This document shows, one piece after another, positions 7,766 through 16,864 of a stretch of DNA of 64,000 bases. Location of the stretch: NCBI GenBank assembly GCA_934796165.1, contig CAKVOU010000001.1, forward strand, positions 78,752-142,751, read 5' to 3'. Position 1 is the first letter of the stretch. Every line of letters starts with the position of its first letter. The notes under the pieces were generated by a model. That model saw only the letters and a list, made by a program, of their open reading frames with translations. It did not search any database and was not told the DNA's origin. The DNA is from an uncultured Eubacteriales bacterium. GTDB taxonomy: Bacteria > Bacillota > Clostridia > Oscillospirales > CAG-272. Position numbers and translations under genes: made by a program.

Positions 7766-10681
7766 ATGGCAATGGATGCAGGCAGGCAAAAGAAAAACGA
7801 CAGATCAATAAAGGAGCCTTGCCGGAAAGCGGTGAATTGCCGCAAGCCGGTCTCCGGGGCGCCGTTCCGGTGCAGTTATGAGATCGGCGACGTGCGGATT
7901 CAGCTCCTTTCTGATACGCTCGTCCGCATTGAAAACCGGAAAGATTCCGGGGACTTTGAAAACCGGGAAAGTTACATTGTGACCAACCGGTTGGACTGGC
8001 AGGGAACGGATGCACGGGTGCTCCGGACGGACGGTGGAACAAAGATCGTTGCTCCCGGTTATACGGTGATGATTCCGGACGGCGGGAAAGCGGAGCAGGT
8101 GACCGTCACAGATAAAAACGGGAAGCTCCTGTATTCGTGGGCGGGAACAACCGGCATGAACATTTATCTTCCAAGCCCCTCCGATGAGCTTGGCAGTTGG
8201 TACTTCACCGACTCGCCGCGGATCATTCCGTCCTGCGCGGGGTACAGTGACGAGGGACTGACAAATCTGCAGAATTGGGATTTCGGGAGCCGCGCGACCG
8301 ACATTTTTGTCTTTTTGCCGGGCGGCAGTTACGGGCGGTTCTTGGAGGATTTTGTGCGGCTGACGGGTAGGTCAGAGATGGTGGAGCTTCGCACGCTCGG
8401 TTTCTGGGATTCCCGTTACTATGCATACAGCGAAGAGACCGCCCTCCGTCAGATCCGGGACTACCGCGATCGGGGTTACGCCATTGATATGCTCGTAATC
8501 GACACCGACTGGAGGGAAAACAAGGGAACCCGCGGGATCGGCTACGACGTCAACACGGAACTGTTCCCGGACATGAAGCGCTTCCTCCGGGAATGTCATG
8601 AGGCGGGCGTCGGGGTCTGCTTCAACGATCACCCGGAGCCGGTCGCCGGTACGAAGAACGGCTTGGACGGCGCGGAGGTCCGTTACCGCAATGAGAAGCT
8701 CAAGGGACTGCTCTCAATCGGTCTGGATGTCTGGTGGTATGACCGGAACTGGGAAACCTCGCTGTTGTCCGCGGATCCCGGGATCTCCGTTTACGCGTTC
8801 GGAATGTACGCGTTTCACCGGATTACGGAGGATTATTACAGAAGGCTCGCCGGAGAGCAGGAGTATGCGCGCCGCGCAGTCATCATGGGAAACGTGGATG
8901 GCGTGATGCACGGGGAATGGAAGTACGCGTCGGATCTCTCCGCACACCGGTATCCGGTGCAATGGACAGGCGATATCTGCGGGGAAAGCGCGGATCTTGC
9001 CCAAGAAATCTGCACGGCAGTATTCGGTGGGGCGGAGGTCGGGATCCCGTATGTTTCCTCCGATCTCGGCGGACATCTGGGGACACCGACGGAGGCGCAA
9101 TACATCCGTTGGATTCAGTACGGAATGCTGACCCCGTTTTGCCGCGTACACTGTTGGGCACGGGACGGTTCCGGGCGGATGCCGTGGCTGTTCGGGGACC
9201 GGGCAGAAGCCGTGTTCAGGGCGTATCAGGGGATACGCTATCGCCTGTTGCCGCTGTTTTACCTGCTCGTGCGGGAAAACTATGACCGCGGACTGCCGCT
9301 GATGCGCCGGCTGGACATCCGGTATCCGCAGTACCCGGAGGCGTCGCGCAACGACGAATACCTGCTGGGAGACGGGATTCTTGTCGCTCCGCCGGCACAG
9401 TCGGAACCGGAGAATGACGGCGGGCAATGCAGGCGGGAGGTATTTTTCCCGGACGGCACGTGGATCGACGTCTTTTCCGGTAAGCGATACACGGGACCGT
9501 GCAGCGTTACGGTAAGTCACCCGCTTGACACGTCCCCGCTGTATGTGAGGGAAGGCTCCCTTGTTATACTGGCGCAGAACGGGATCAATACCGGGGACTC
9601 CGATTGGAGTCGGCTTTCGCTTGACGTTTACCCGTCCGCAAAGGATTCGGCGGTTACCCGGCTGTATGAGGATGATACCAAAACCGTCGCTTACCGGGAC
9701 GGACAATTCCGTACCACGGAGCTTTCCATGCATTGCGACAGAGAAAAGCGGACGGTAACCGTGCGTATCGACGCGGCAAACGGTACTTTTGAGGGAAAGC
9801 GGGCGTCTGATGTCCGTGAATGGAATATCCGTGTGCACAAGAATCCCGGATGGGGGAATCTCCGTCTTGTGACCGTCAACGGAGAGCGGATCCCCGCCGG
9901 CAACATCAGAAGGAGTGCCACAGATTCCTCGGTGGTTCCCTTTGCGTTTTGCGGTGCCGCGGCAGACGGCGATGTCTGGGAGTTCCCGGTAAGCGGGCGT
10001 GTGGATACGGAATACGAAATCGGGCTGTCCTTTGAAGCGGTTGCGGCTCCCGTGGAGAGTTGTGCGTATGACCGCCAGCCGATCGGATTTACCCTGACGA
10101 AAAACGGAGAGGTACAGTCGGTCGATCTTTCGCATGACGGCACGCTCGGCTGGGTTTCCTTCGGCGACGGCGGAACCGTTTCGGCGACGGGAGATACACA
10201 ACTGTTCTCTTACCCCCGTACCCGTGTCTGCGGAAGCGGCAGGGCAAAGGAGCAAAGCGTCGTTTCACTCAGTCCGATGGTCGGTTCGGTGCAGAAGATT
10301 CATTGTACTGCCGATGGGCAGTACAGCGGCAACGATGCGGTATACACGAATCCGTTCTTTGATCTGGAGATCAGAACCGTCGGAAGGCACGCACGGTATG
10401 TGCTGATCCTCGGCGGGGTGTTTTCCACGGCAAAGGTGACGGTCCGCGACCGCGGAGGAAATGTGAGAACGGTCTCTTTCGGCAGTCTTGCTGGCGAGTG
10501 GTCGCAAAAGGTTACGATTGAAGTGCCCGGGACGGAAGTGGGAACGCTGTACGTCCATATCGCCGTGGTCTGTGCGGGAAGAAGCGAAAGTCCGGAGTAT
10601 CCTGCCGCGACGCGCCTGAAGCATCCCGCCGCACTCAAGCTGTACGGTTGCTGCGCGGAGGACGCGGAACGGACTCTTTGA
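7766..10681 (+). CDS. glycoside hydrolase family 31 protein (alpha-glucosidase/alpha-xylosidase-like)
   Basis: 971 aa. GH31-type blocks: IDMLVIDTDWRENKG, GLDVWWYDRNWE, HRYPVQWTGDI, GIPYVSSDLGGH, YIRWIQYGMLTPFCRVH. Long C-terminal beta-rich extension. The exact start is uncertain. Confidence 0.85.
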   Translation: MAMDAGRQKKNDRSIKEPCRKAVNCRKPVSGAPFRCSYEIGDVRIQLLSDTLVRIENRKDSGDFENRESYIVTNRLDWQGTDARVLRTDGGTKIVAPGYTVMIPDGGKAEQVTVTDKNGKLLYSWAGTTGMNIYLPSPSDELGSWYFTDSPRIIPSCAGYSDEGLTNLQNWDFGSRATDIFVFLPGGSYGRFLEDFVRLTGRSEMVELRTLGFWDSRYYAYSEETALRQIRDYRDRGYAIDMLVIDTDWRENKGTRGIGYDVNTELFPDMKRFLRECHEAGVGVCFNDHPEPVAGTKNGLDGAEVRYRNEKLKGLLSIGLDVWWYDRNWETSLLSADPGISVYAFGMYAFHRITEDYYRRLAGEQEYARRAVIMGNVDGVMHGEWKYASDLSAHRYPVQWTGDICGESADLAQEICTAVFGGAEVGIPYVSSDLGGHLGTPTEAQYIRWIQYGMLTPFCRVHCWARDGSGRMPWLFGDRAEAVFRAYQGIRYRLLPLFYLLVRENYDRGLPLMRRLDIRYPQYPEASRNDEYLLGDGILVAPPAQSEPENDGGQCRREVFFPDGTWIDVFSGKRYTGPCSVTVSHPLDTSPLYVREGSLVILAQNGINTGDSDWSRLSLDVYPSAKDSAVTRLYEDDTKTVAYRDGQFRTTELSMHCDREKRTVTVRIDAANGTFEGKRASDVREWNIRVHKNPGWGNLRLVTVNGERIPAGNIRRSATDSSVVPFAFCGAAADGDVWEFPVSGRVDTEYEIGLSFEAVAAPVESCAYDRQPIGFTLTKNGEVQSVDLSHDGTLGWVSFGDGGTVSATGDTQLFSYPRTRVCGSGRAKEQSVVSLSPMVGSVQKIHCTADGQYSGNDAVYTNPFFDLEIRTVGRHARYVLILGGVFSTAKVTVRDRGGNVRTVSFGSLAGEWSQKVTIEVPGTEVGTLYVHIAVVCAGRSESPEYPAATRLKHPAALKLYGCCAEDAERTL

Positions 10682-10747
10682 GTACGCCGCATTTTTGCCC
10701 CGGAGCGGCAGGTTTGACGGATCCGGTCGAAAAAGATCACGGAGCGA

Positions 10748-10776
10748 TTGACACGGGAGGGAAAATATGCTATGCT
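10748..10776 (+). promoter_or_regulatory. sigma-A type promoter upstream of repeat-protein gene
   Basis: TTGACA (10748-10753), 17 nt, TATGCT (10771-10776). Confidence 0.5.
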
Positions 10777-10868
10777 GATTCTGTAAAACGACAAATGCAA
10801 CGGAAGGCTTTGACGCGTATCCCGCCATACGGCGTATTACGCTTTAGCTATCAGGATCGGAGGAAACA

Positions 10869-12455
10869 ATGGATTCACAGGACCAAAAGAACCGGGGAAC
10901 AGCTTTTTCGGAAGGATCCGCTCCGGGAACCACAACGCCGCCCGCAAGACGGGGAATGCACCCGGCGCTTCGGGTACTGACCTATGTACTGGTGTTTCTG
11001 CTTGGCGCAGGAACGGCAGTCAGTGCGATCGTCGGGGCGGTATTTTACGGATACGACCACGTTCCCGTCAATTCGGTGCTGGAAGTGGTCTACCCGGATT
11101 ACCGGGAGATTCTGAATGAAGAATTTGCGGAGAAGACCGTAGCGGGAATGCTCCGGGAGCTCGGCTCCGGCAATATTCACACGCTCGCCGACCTCCGGGG
11201 CATTACGCCGTGCGTCGATTCTCTCCTTGACAGATTGGAGGAAGCACTGGCGGAGTTCGGCATCGTTCCGGATAGGGAGGAGCTTTGCAGGGTACGCTGG
11301 GAAGACCTCGGGACCTATGTATCGGAGAATCTTGTCCGCTCTGCACATCTTGACCGTTTGCTTTCGGTGAACGCCTCCTCCTCCGATCTGGAAAAGTATC
11401 TGGTGTACGGCGTGGAGGGCGAGGACTATACCGTTCTCAACGGGGAAATCGTCATGAAGGAAGGCAAGTCGGTGCATACGCTCGGAACCCTGCTTGACCC
11501 GGATGAAAGAAAAGCACTGCTTGACGGAATGCGTCTTTGCGACGCAATGGAGATCACGGAGGACAGCGAGCTGATACTCCGCAGCCTCAGAGATACCAAG
11601 GTCAGTGAGCTTTCCGAAAAGGTGGACACGCTTCTTCTTTGCGAAGTGGTCGAGATCGGGGAGGAGAGCAGTCAGGCTCTTCTCTCGCTGAAGGATACGC
11701 CGGTCAGTGAGATCGGTGACCGTCTGGATACTCTGACGCTCGGCGAAGCGGTGAAAATCACGGAGGACAGCGAACGACTTCTGCAACGGCTGAAGGATAC
11801 CGAGATCCGGAATCTGACGGCAGAGGTCAGGGAACTGACGGTGACCGACGTGGTGGAGATCCGGGAAGACAGTGCGCATGTCGTCCTGACCCTGAAGGAT
11901 ACCAAGCTTTCCGCCCTGAACACAAGGCTGGAAGCACTGACGCTTTCAGAAGTAGTGAAGCTGGATGAAAGCAGTCCGCTGATTCTCCGGACGCTTGCCG
12001 GAAGCCGGCTGGAAAACATCGATGAGGATGTCAATGCGTTGACGATGGAACAGGTGCTCGGGGAAGAGACGTTCGGGCACAATGTGGTGCTGGATGCGAT
12101 CCGTTCGTCCCGCCTTGACACCGTGGCGGATGACATTGAGACGCTGACGGTCAACGAGCTGTTCCGGGATGAGATTTATGGCGCGGACGGAGACGTCAAG
12201 GGCGCATGGAGATATATTCTGATGGAAGACGGTGTGGAGCAGATCACCTACCTCAAGGATATTGACCGGCTTTCGGGGCGGATCTCCGCAAATGTCAACC
12301 GCGCGACCCTCAGGGAGCTTCAGACCGACGGCATGATCGCCGTGACGAATCCGGCGGATCTGGAGAAGACGGTCCTTGTGGACGGTCAGCGGGTTAAGCT
12401 CGGGGATATGACCGTGTCGCATTTGGTGGACTATATTCTTCGTTATGTTCATTGA
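10869..12455 (+). CDS. membrane-anchored protein with tandem 34-aa repeats
   Basis: 528 aa. GGAGG RBS. N-terminal TM helix (VLTYVLVFLLGAGTAVSAIVGAVFYGY) followed by periodic E/D/L-rich repeats. No family recognised. Confidence 0.8.
   Translation: MDSQDQKNRGTAFSEGSAPGTTTPPARRGMHPALRVLTYVLVFLLGAGTAVSAIVGAVFYGYDHVPVNSVLEVVYPDYREILNEEFAEKTVAGMLRELGSGNIHTLADLRGITPCVDSLLDRLEEALAEFGIVPDREELCRVRWEDLGTYVSENLVRSAHLDRLLSVNASSSDLEKYLVYGVEGEDYTVLNGEIVMKEGKSVHTLGTLLDPDERKALLDGMRLCDAMEITEDSELILRSLRDTKVSELSEKVDTLLLCEVVEIGEESSQALLSLKDTPVSEIGDRLDTLTLGEAVKITEDSERLLQRLKDTEIRNLTAEVRELTVTDVVEIREDSAHVVLTLKDTKLSALNTRLEALTLSEVVKLDESSPLILRTLAGSRLENIDEDVNALTMEQVLGEETFGHNVVLDAIRSSRLDTVADDIETLTVNELFRDEIYGADGDVKGAWRYILMEDGVEQITYLKDIDRLSGRISANVNRATLRELQTDGMIAVTNPADLEKTVLVDGQRVKLGDMTVSHLVDYILRYVH
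11550..12059 (+). repeat. five in-frame 102-nt (34-aa) coding repeats
   Basis: EITEDSELILRSLRDTKVSELSEKVDTLLLCEVV / EIGEESSQALLSLKDTPVSEIGDRLDTLTLGEAV / KITEDSERLLQRLKDTEIRNLTAEVRELTVTDVV / EIREDSAHVVLTLKDTKLSALNTRLEALTLSEVV / KLDESSPLILRTLAGSRLENIDEDVNALTMEQVL. A degenerate sixth unit follows. Confidence 0.8.
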
Positions 12456-12539
12456 ATTTCCGGGGCGGTCATGATTCTGACCGCGTATTGATCCAATATC
12501 CACCGCTGTTGTGGCACTGACCGCGGAGCGGATACCTTA

Positions 12540-12582
12540 AAAAAAAGAAACACCCGCCGGACAGGCGGGTGCTTCTTTTTTG
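12540..12582. terminator. bidirectional terminator between convergent genes
   Basis: AAAAAAAGAAaCACCCGCC-ggaca-GGCGGGTGcTTCTTTTTT. A-run and T-run flank a GC stem. Confidence 0.7.
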
Positions 12583-12603
12583 AAGCAGGATCAAACGCGT
12601 GTT

Positions 12604-13764
12604 TTATCTGTCTTGCTTGTCCGATAAAAGAACTTTCGCGTGCCCCGCAAGATAAGCGCGCATGGCGTTTTCCGCGGCGGCGGTCAGATTCCGTTTCGCG
12701 TGCTTCATGGCTTCGTCGAGTGGCACCACCGAGGTGACGGCGCCGAATGCCGCAGTGACCCCGATATGGTACAGTTCTGTTATGTCCCCAGTGACGGCAC
12801 CACTCAGAAGAAAGCAGGGAACTTTGTGCGTCCGGCAGATCGCCGCAACGCCGGCGGGCAATTTGCCGTATGCCGTCTGTTCGTCGGTGCGTCCCTCGCC
12901 GGTGAAGACCAGATCGGCGTTCCGGATTTTTTTGTCAAGTCCGACCGCATCCGCCACCATATCGAAGCCGTGCCGGAGCTTCGCGCCGCAGAAGACGGTC
13001 AGTCCCGCGCCGAGTCCTCCCGCCGCACCGCCGCCGGGGAGCGCGGAAACATCGGTTCCGAGACATTCCCGGATTACTTCCGCGTAATGTACCATGTTTT
13101 CTTCGAGCAGTTCCACGTCCTCCGGCGAAGCTCCCTTCTGCGGGGCAAATACACGCGATGCCCCCTCTGATCCCACAATCGGATTGGTCACGTCGCACGC
13201 GACGAGGAATTCCGTGTCTCTGATACGCGGGTCAATGGAACCCGTGTCGATACGGTCAATGCGGGAAAGCGTTGCGCCCGTCGGGATGAATGCGTTTCCG
13301 TCTCTGCCTATGAAGCGGACGCCGAGTGCCGCCGCCATGCCCGCGCCGCCGTCGTTGGTTGCGCTTCCGCCAATCCCGATGAGAATCTGCCGGCATCCGT
13401 GCCCGATGGCATCAAGGATCATCTGTCCCACGCCGTAGGTATTTGCGAGCAATGGATTCCGCTCGTCGGGGGAGAGCAGGCAAAGCCCGTTTGCTTCCGC
13501 CATCTCCATCACGGCGGTGTCCCCGGCAATGCCGTATTCCGCGCGGATTTCCTTGCCGAGCGGGTTTCTGACGGTAACCCGGACCTGATTGCCGCCGAGC
13601 GCCTTGGTCAGTACCGTCCCGGTACCTTCGCCGCCATCCGCCATCGGAATTTTCACCGTCCCGCAGTCGGGAAGCACGCGCCGGATGCCTGCGTCCACGC
13701 ATTCCGCGGCTTGCTCCGCGGTCAGGCTTCCTTTGAAAGAATCCATGGCAATGACAATCTTCAT
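12604..13764 (-). CDS. glxK: glycerate kinase
   Basis: 386 aa, MKIVIAMDSFKGSLTAEQAAE...PMADGGEGT...GIGGSATNDGGAGM...FTGEGRTDEQT, glycerate kinase family. Confidence 0.9.
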   Translation of the reverse strand: MKIVIAMDSFKGSLTAEQAAECVDAGIRRVLPDCGTVKIPMADGGEGTGTVLTKALGGNQVRVTVRNPLGKEIRAEYGIAGDTAVMEMAEANGLCLLSPDERNPLLANTYGVGQMILDAIGHGCRQILIGIGGSATNDGGAGMAAALGVRFIGRDGNAFIPTGATLSRIDRIDTGSIDPRIRDTEFLVACDVTNPIVGSEGASRVFAPQKGASPEDVELLEENMVHYAEVIRECLGTDVSALPGGGAAGGLGAGLTVFCGAKLRHGFDMVADAVGLDKKIRNADLVFTGEGRTDEQTAYGKLPAGVAAICRTHKVPCFLLSGAVTGDITELYHIGVTAAFGAVTSVVPLDEAMKHAKRNLTAAAENAMRAYLAGHAKVLLSDKQDR

Positions 13765-14168
13765 GGTTGCTCCTCCGTTTGTTCTGTGAAATCAGTGTGC
13801 GCTCTGCCGTGTTTGGGTAGCTTTTCCGGATATCCGGATTTCACCCGTTCCCGGGAAAGGGAACGTTTTTCTGTGGCAGCTTTCCGGGGACACCGTCCTG
13901 CGGATGCTTCGGATACAGAGCGGCAAGCTCCGTCCGGCTTACAGAACTCCCTGATCGCGCTGCCGGCGGGCTGTTCCTTTTTATTGTACCCGCGAACCGC
14001 CGGTTTGTCAACCGGGAAGCAGGGTATGCGGCACAAAACCACACAATTTGTCAGAAAAACTGACGGACGGATGCCTGTCCCCCAAGGACAGGTTTTTCTT
14101 CGGCGGAACGGTTCTATTCGGGGAAGACCTCCCATATATTCTACCGATGAAAAACGGGAGGTACACAT

Positions 14169-15647
14169 ATGCCTGCACATTCGATTTATCAGGATATTGC
14201 CGAGCGCACGGGCGGGGAAATCTACGTCGGTGTGGTCGGACCCGTCAGAACGGGAAAATCAACATTTATCAAGCGGTTCATGGAGTCCCTGGTGCTCCCG
14301 AACATTGCCGACGGCTACGGCCGCGACCGTGCGCGGGATGAAATGCCCCAGTCGGCGGCGGGGAAGACCGTCATGACGACCGAGCCGAAATTCGTGCCGG
14401 ATGAAGCGGTCACGGTCAGCCTGGACGACGCGTCCGCGGTGAAGGTACGTCTTGTCGATTGCGTCGGGTATCTGGTCCCCGACGCGATGGGCGCAGTGGA
14501 GAACGGACAGCCGCGCATGGTCCGCACGCCGTGGAGAAAGGAACCCATGCCGTTTTCGGAGGCGGCGGAGCTCGGCACACACAAGGTCATCACGGAGCAT
14601 TCCACCATCGGGATGCTGGTGACGACCGACGGTTCCATCGGCGACATTCCGCGGGAGAACTATGTGGAAGCCGAGGAGCGCATTGTGAAGGAACTGAAGG
14701 AAATGGGCAAACCCTTTGCGCTGATCCTCAATTCCGCCAATCCGTCGGGCGACGCGGCGGTCTCGCTTGCGTATGAGCTTGAGAAAAAGTACGGGGCACC
14801 AATCGCCCTCGTCAGTTGCCTGGATCTTGACGCGGAGGACATCCGCCACATCCTTGAACTGGTGCTTCACGAATTCCCGGTGACCGAGGTTTCTGTCCGT
14901 CTGCCGGAATGGATGAGTGCGCTGGACACGGCGCATCCGATCCGGCAGTCCCTTGTCGCAAGCATCCGTGCCTGCGCCGATTCGGTGCAGAAAACCGGAG
15001 ACGTCAAGGCGGCGTTTGCCCCGCTTTCGGACAACGAATACGTAGGGCGTGCAACGGTGGACGAGGTGAACCTCGGCACCGGTAAGGCGCAGGTATCCGT
15101 CACGGCGCGCGACGGGCTGTACTACGAAGTTATCAGCGAGCTGACCGGATTCCGGATCGACGGGGAGGAACAGCTCATCACGCTTCTCCGCGAGCTTTCC
15201 GGAATGAAGGAAAAATACGACAAGGTCGCTTCGGCGCTTGCCGATGCGGACGAAAAGGGCTACGGCATCGTCATGCCGGAGATCGGGGACCTGCATCTCG
15301 CCGAGCCGGAGCTGACGAGACAGGCGGGCGGATACGGAATCAAACTCCGCGCGTCGGCGCAGTCGATCCACATGATCCGCGCCAACATCGAAACCGAGAT
15401 CAACCCCATTGTCGGCACGGAACAGCAGTCCGAGGATATGGTGAAGTACCTGATGGACGGCTTTTCCAAGGATCCGTCGGCGCTCTGGCAGTCCAATATG
15501 TTCGGCAAGAGCCTGTATGAACTGGTCAACGACGGACTGCATTCCAAACTCGAACATATGCCGGAGGAATCCCGCACCAAATTGTCCGAGACGCTCGAAC
15601 GCATCATCAACGAGGGAAGCGGAGGACTCATCTGCATCCTGCTCTGA
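14169..15647 (+). CDS. spoIVA: stage IV sporulation protein A
   Basis: 492 aa, IYQDIAERTGGEIYVGVVGPVRTGKSTFIKRFME..., full-length SpoIVA-like with Walker A. Confidence 0.95.
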   Translation: MPAHSIYQDIAERTGGEIYVGVVGPVRTGKSTFIKRFMESLVLPNIADGYGRDRARDEMPQSAAGKTVMTTEPKFVPDEAVTVSLDDASAVKVRLVDCVGYLVPDAMGAVENGQPRMVRTPWRKEPMPFSEAAELGTHKVITEHSTIGMLVTTDGSIGDIPRENYVEAEERIVKELKEMGKPFALILNSANPSGDAAVSLAYELEKKYGAPIALVSCLDLDAEDIRHILELVLHEFPVTEVSVRLPEWMSALDTAHPIRQSLVASIRACADSVQKTGDVKAAFAPLSDNEYVGRATVDEVNLGTGKAQVSVTARDGLYYEVISELTGFRIDGEEQLITLLRELSGMKEKYDKVASALADADEKGYGIVMPEIGDLHLAEPELTRQAGGYGIKLRASAQSIHMIRANIETEINPIVGTEQQSEDMVKYLMDGFSKDPSALWQSNMFGKSLYELVNDGLHSKLEHMPEESRTKLSETLERIINEGSGGLICILL

Positions 15648-15667
15648 AAAACGAAAATTTGTTTTTC

Positions 15668-15704
15668 CGCCGCCCCGTTTTCAAAAAAACGGGGCGGCTT
15701 TTTT
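15668..15704 (+). terminator. rho-independent terminator after spoIVA
   Basis: GCCGCCCCGT-tttcaaaaaa-ACGGGGCGGC followed by TTTTTT. Confidence 0.75.
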
Positions 15705-15778
15705 GCCTTTATCCGTGGAAATCCGGAAGAATTTATGGTATACTGGTAGCGACTGAGAAACCACTGCCGGAAAGGAGA

Positions 15779-16864
15779 ATGACCGCCGTGAAATTTCTGC
15801 TTGCTGCCGACCTGCATCTTGACGCGAAACTGGAATCCAATCTTCCGCCCGCCAAAGCGAGGATGAGAAGACGGGAACTGCTCGATACCTTCCGCCGCAT
15901 TCTGAAGTTCGGCGAAGAAAAGGGCGCCGGGGTAATTCTTCTTGCGGGCGACCTGTTTGACGCCGACCGTGTGAGCGAAAAAACGCGCGATTATGTCGCC
16001 GCCGCGATTGCGGAACATCCCGGATTGACGGTTCTCTACCTGCGCGGCAACCACGACGGCGGATTCGGCGGGGAAGCGCTCCCCGGAAACGTCCGCACCT
16101 TCGGCGGGGCAGAGGGCTGGCGGCAGTACCGCTTCGGCAACGTCGTTTTCACCGGTACCGAGGATAACGCCGCGCCGGACATCTACGAACGGCTGACGCT
16201 TGCTCCGGAGGACGTCAACGTCGTGATGATGCACGGGCAGATCAGCCCGTCGTCGTCCGTTCCCGCGCCTGACACCGTCTGCCTGAAGCTGCTCAAAAAC
16301 AGGAATATCGACCTGCTTGCGCTCGGACACCTGCATACGGCGCGGGTGGACAAGCTCGACCGCCGCGGCAGGTATGCCTATCCCGGCTGCCCGGACGGAA
16401 GGGGCTTTGACGAATGCGGGGAGAAGGGCGTGTACCTCTTTGACGTGGGGGACGACGGGAAACTGACGGAAACCTTCCTCCCGACCTCCTCGCGCACGCT
16501 TCACGCACCGGAGGTGGACGTAAGCGGGCTTGAGACATACCCCGAGGTGGAAGAAAAAGTCCTTGACGCGGTCTCCGGAATCCCCGGGGACGATCTTGTC
16601 AAGGTCGTGCTGACCGGTTCCCGCAGCCCCGACGCGCGCCCGGTGGAGGAACACCTGACCGAAACGCTCCGGAGCCGGTTCTTCTTTGCCAAGGTTAAGG
16701 ACATGACCACGCTTGAAATCCGCCCGGAGGATTACGTCGGGGATATTTCGCTCAAGGGCGAGTTTATCCGGTCGGTGCTTGCCTCCCGGATGCCGGAGGA
16801 AATGAAAAACCGCGTGATTCTGACGGGTCTGCGCGCCCTGCGGGGAGAGGAGCCTGACGTATGA
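15779..16864 (+). CDS. metallophosphoesterase, SbcD/YhaO-like DNA repair exonuclease
   Basis: ORF 15659-16864. Preferred start is ATG 15779 after GGAAAGGAG. Motifs are LLAADLHLD, AGDLFD and RGNHD. 4-bp overlap with the downstream ATPase gene. Confidence 0.8.
   Translation: MTAVKFLLAADLHLDAKLESNLPPAKARMRRRELLDTFRRILKFGEEKGAGVILLAGDLFDADRVSEKTRDYVAAAIAEHPGLTVLYLRGNHDGGFGGEALPGNVRTFGGAEGWRQYRFGNVVFTGTEDNAAPDIYERLTLAPEDVNVVMMHGQISPSSSVPAPDTVCLKLLKNRNIDLLALGHLHTARVDKLDRRGRYAYPGCPDGRGFDECGEKGVYLFDVGDDGKLTETFLPTSSRTLHAPEVDVSGLETYPEVEEKVLDAVSGIPGDDLVKVVLTGSRSPDARPVEEHLTETLRSRFFFAKVKDMTTLEIRPEDYVGDISLKGEFIRSVLASRMPEEMKNRVILTGLRALRGEEPDV

Noticed and set aside
8714-10255. 513-aa minus-strand ORF inside the GH31 gene, and similar shadows (19094-20809, 21766-23403, 15260-16654, 43747-45558)
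   Set aside because: All lie opposite strongly supported genes and give Arg/Pro/Gly-rich low-complexity products typical of high-GC antisense frames.
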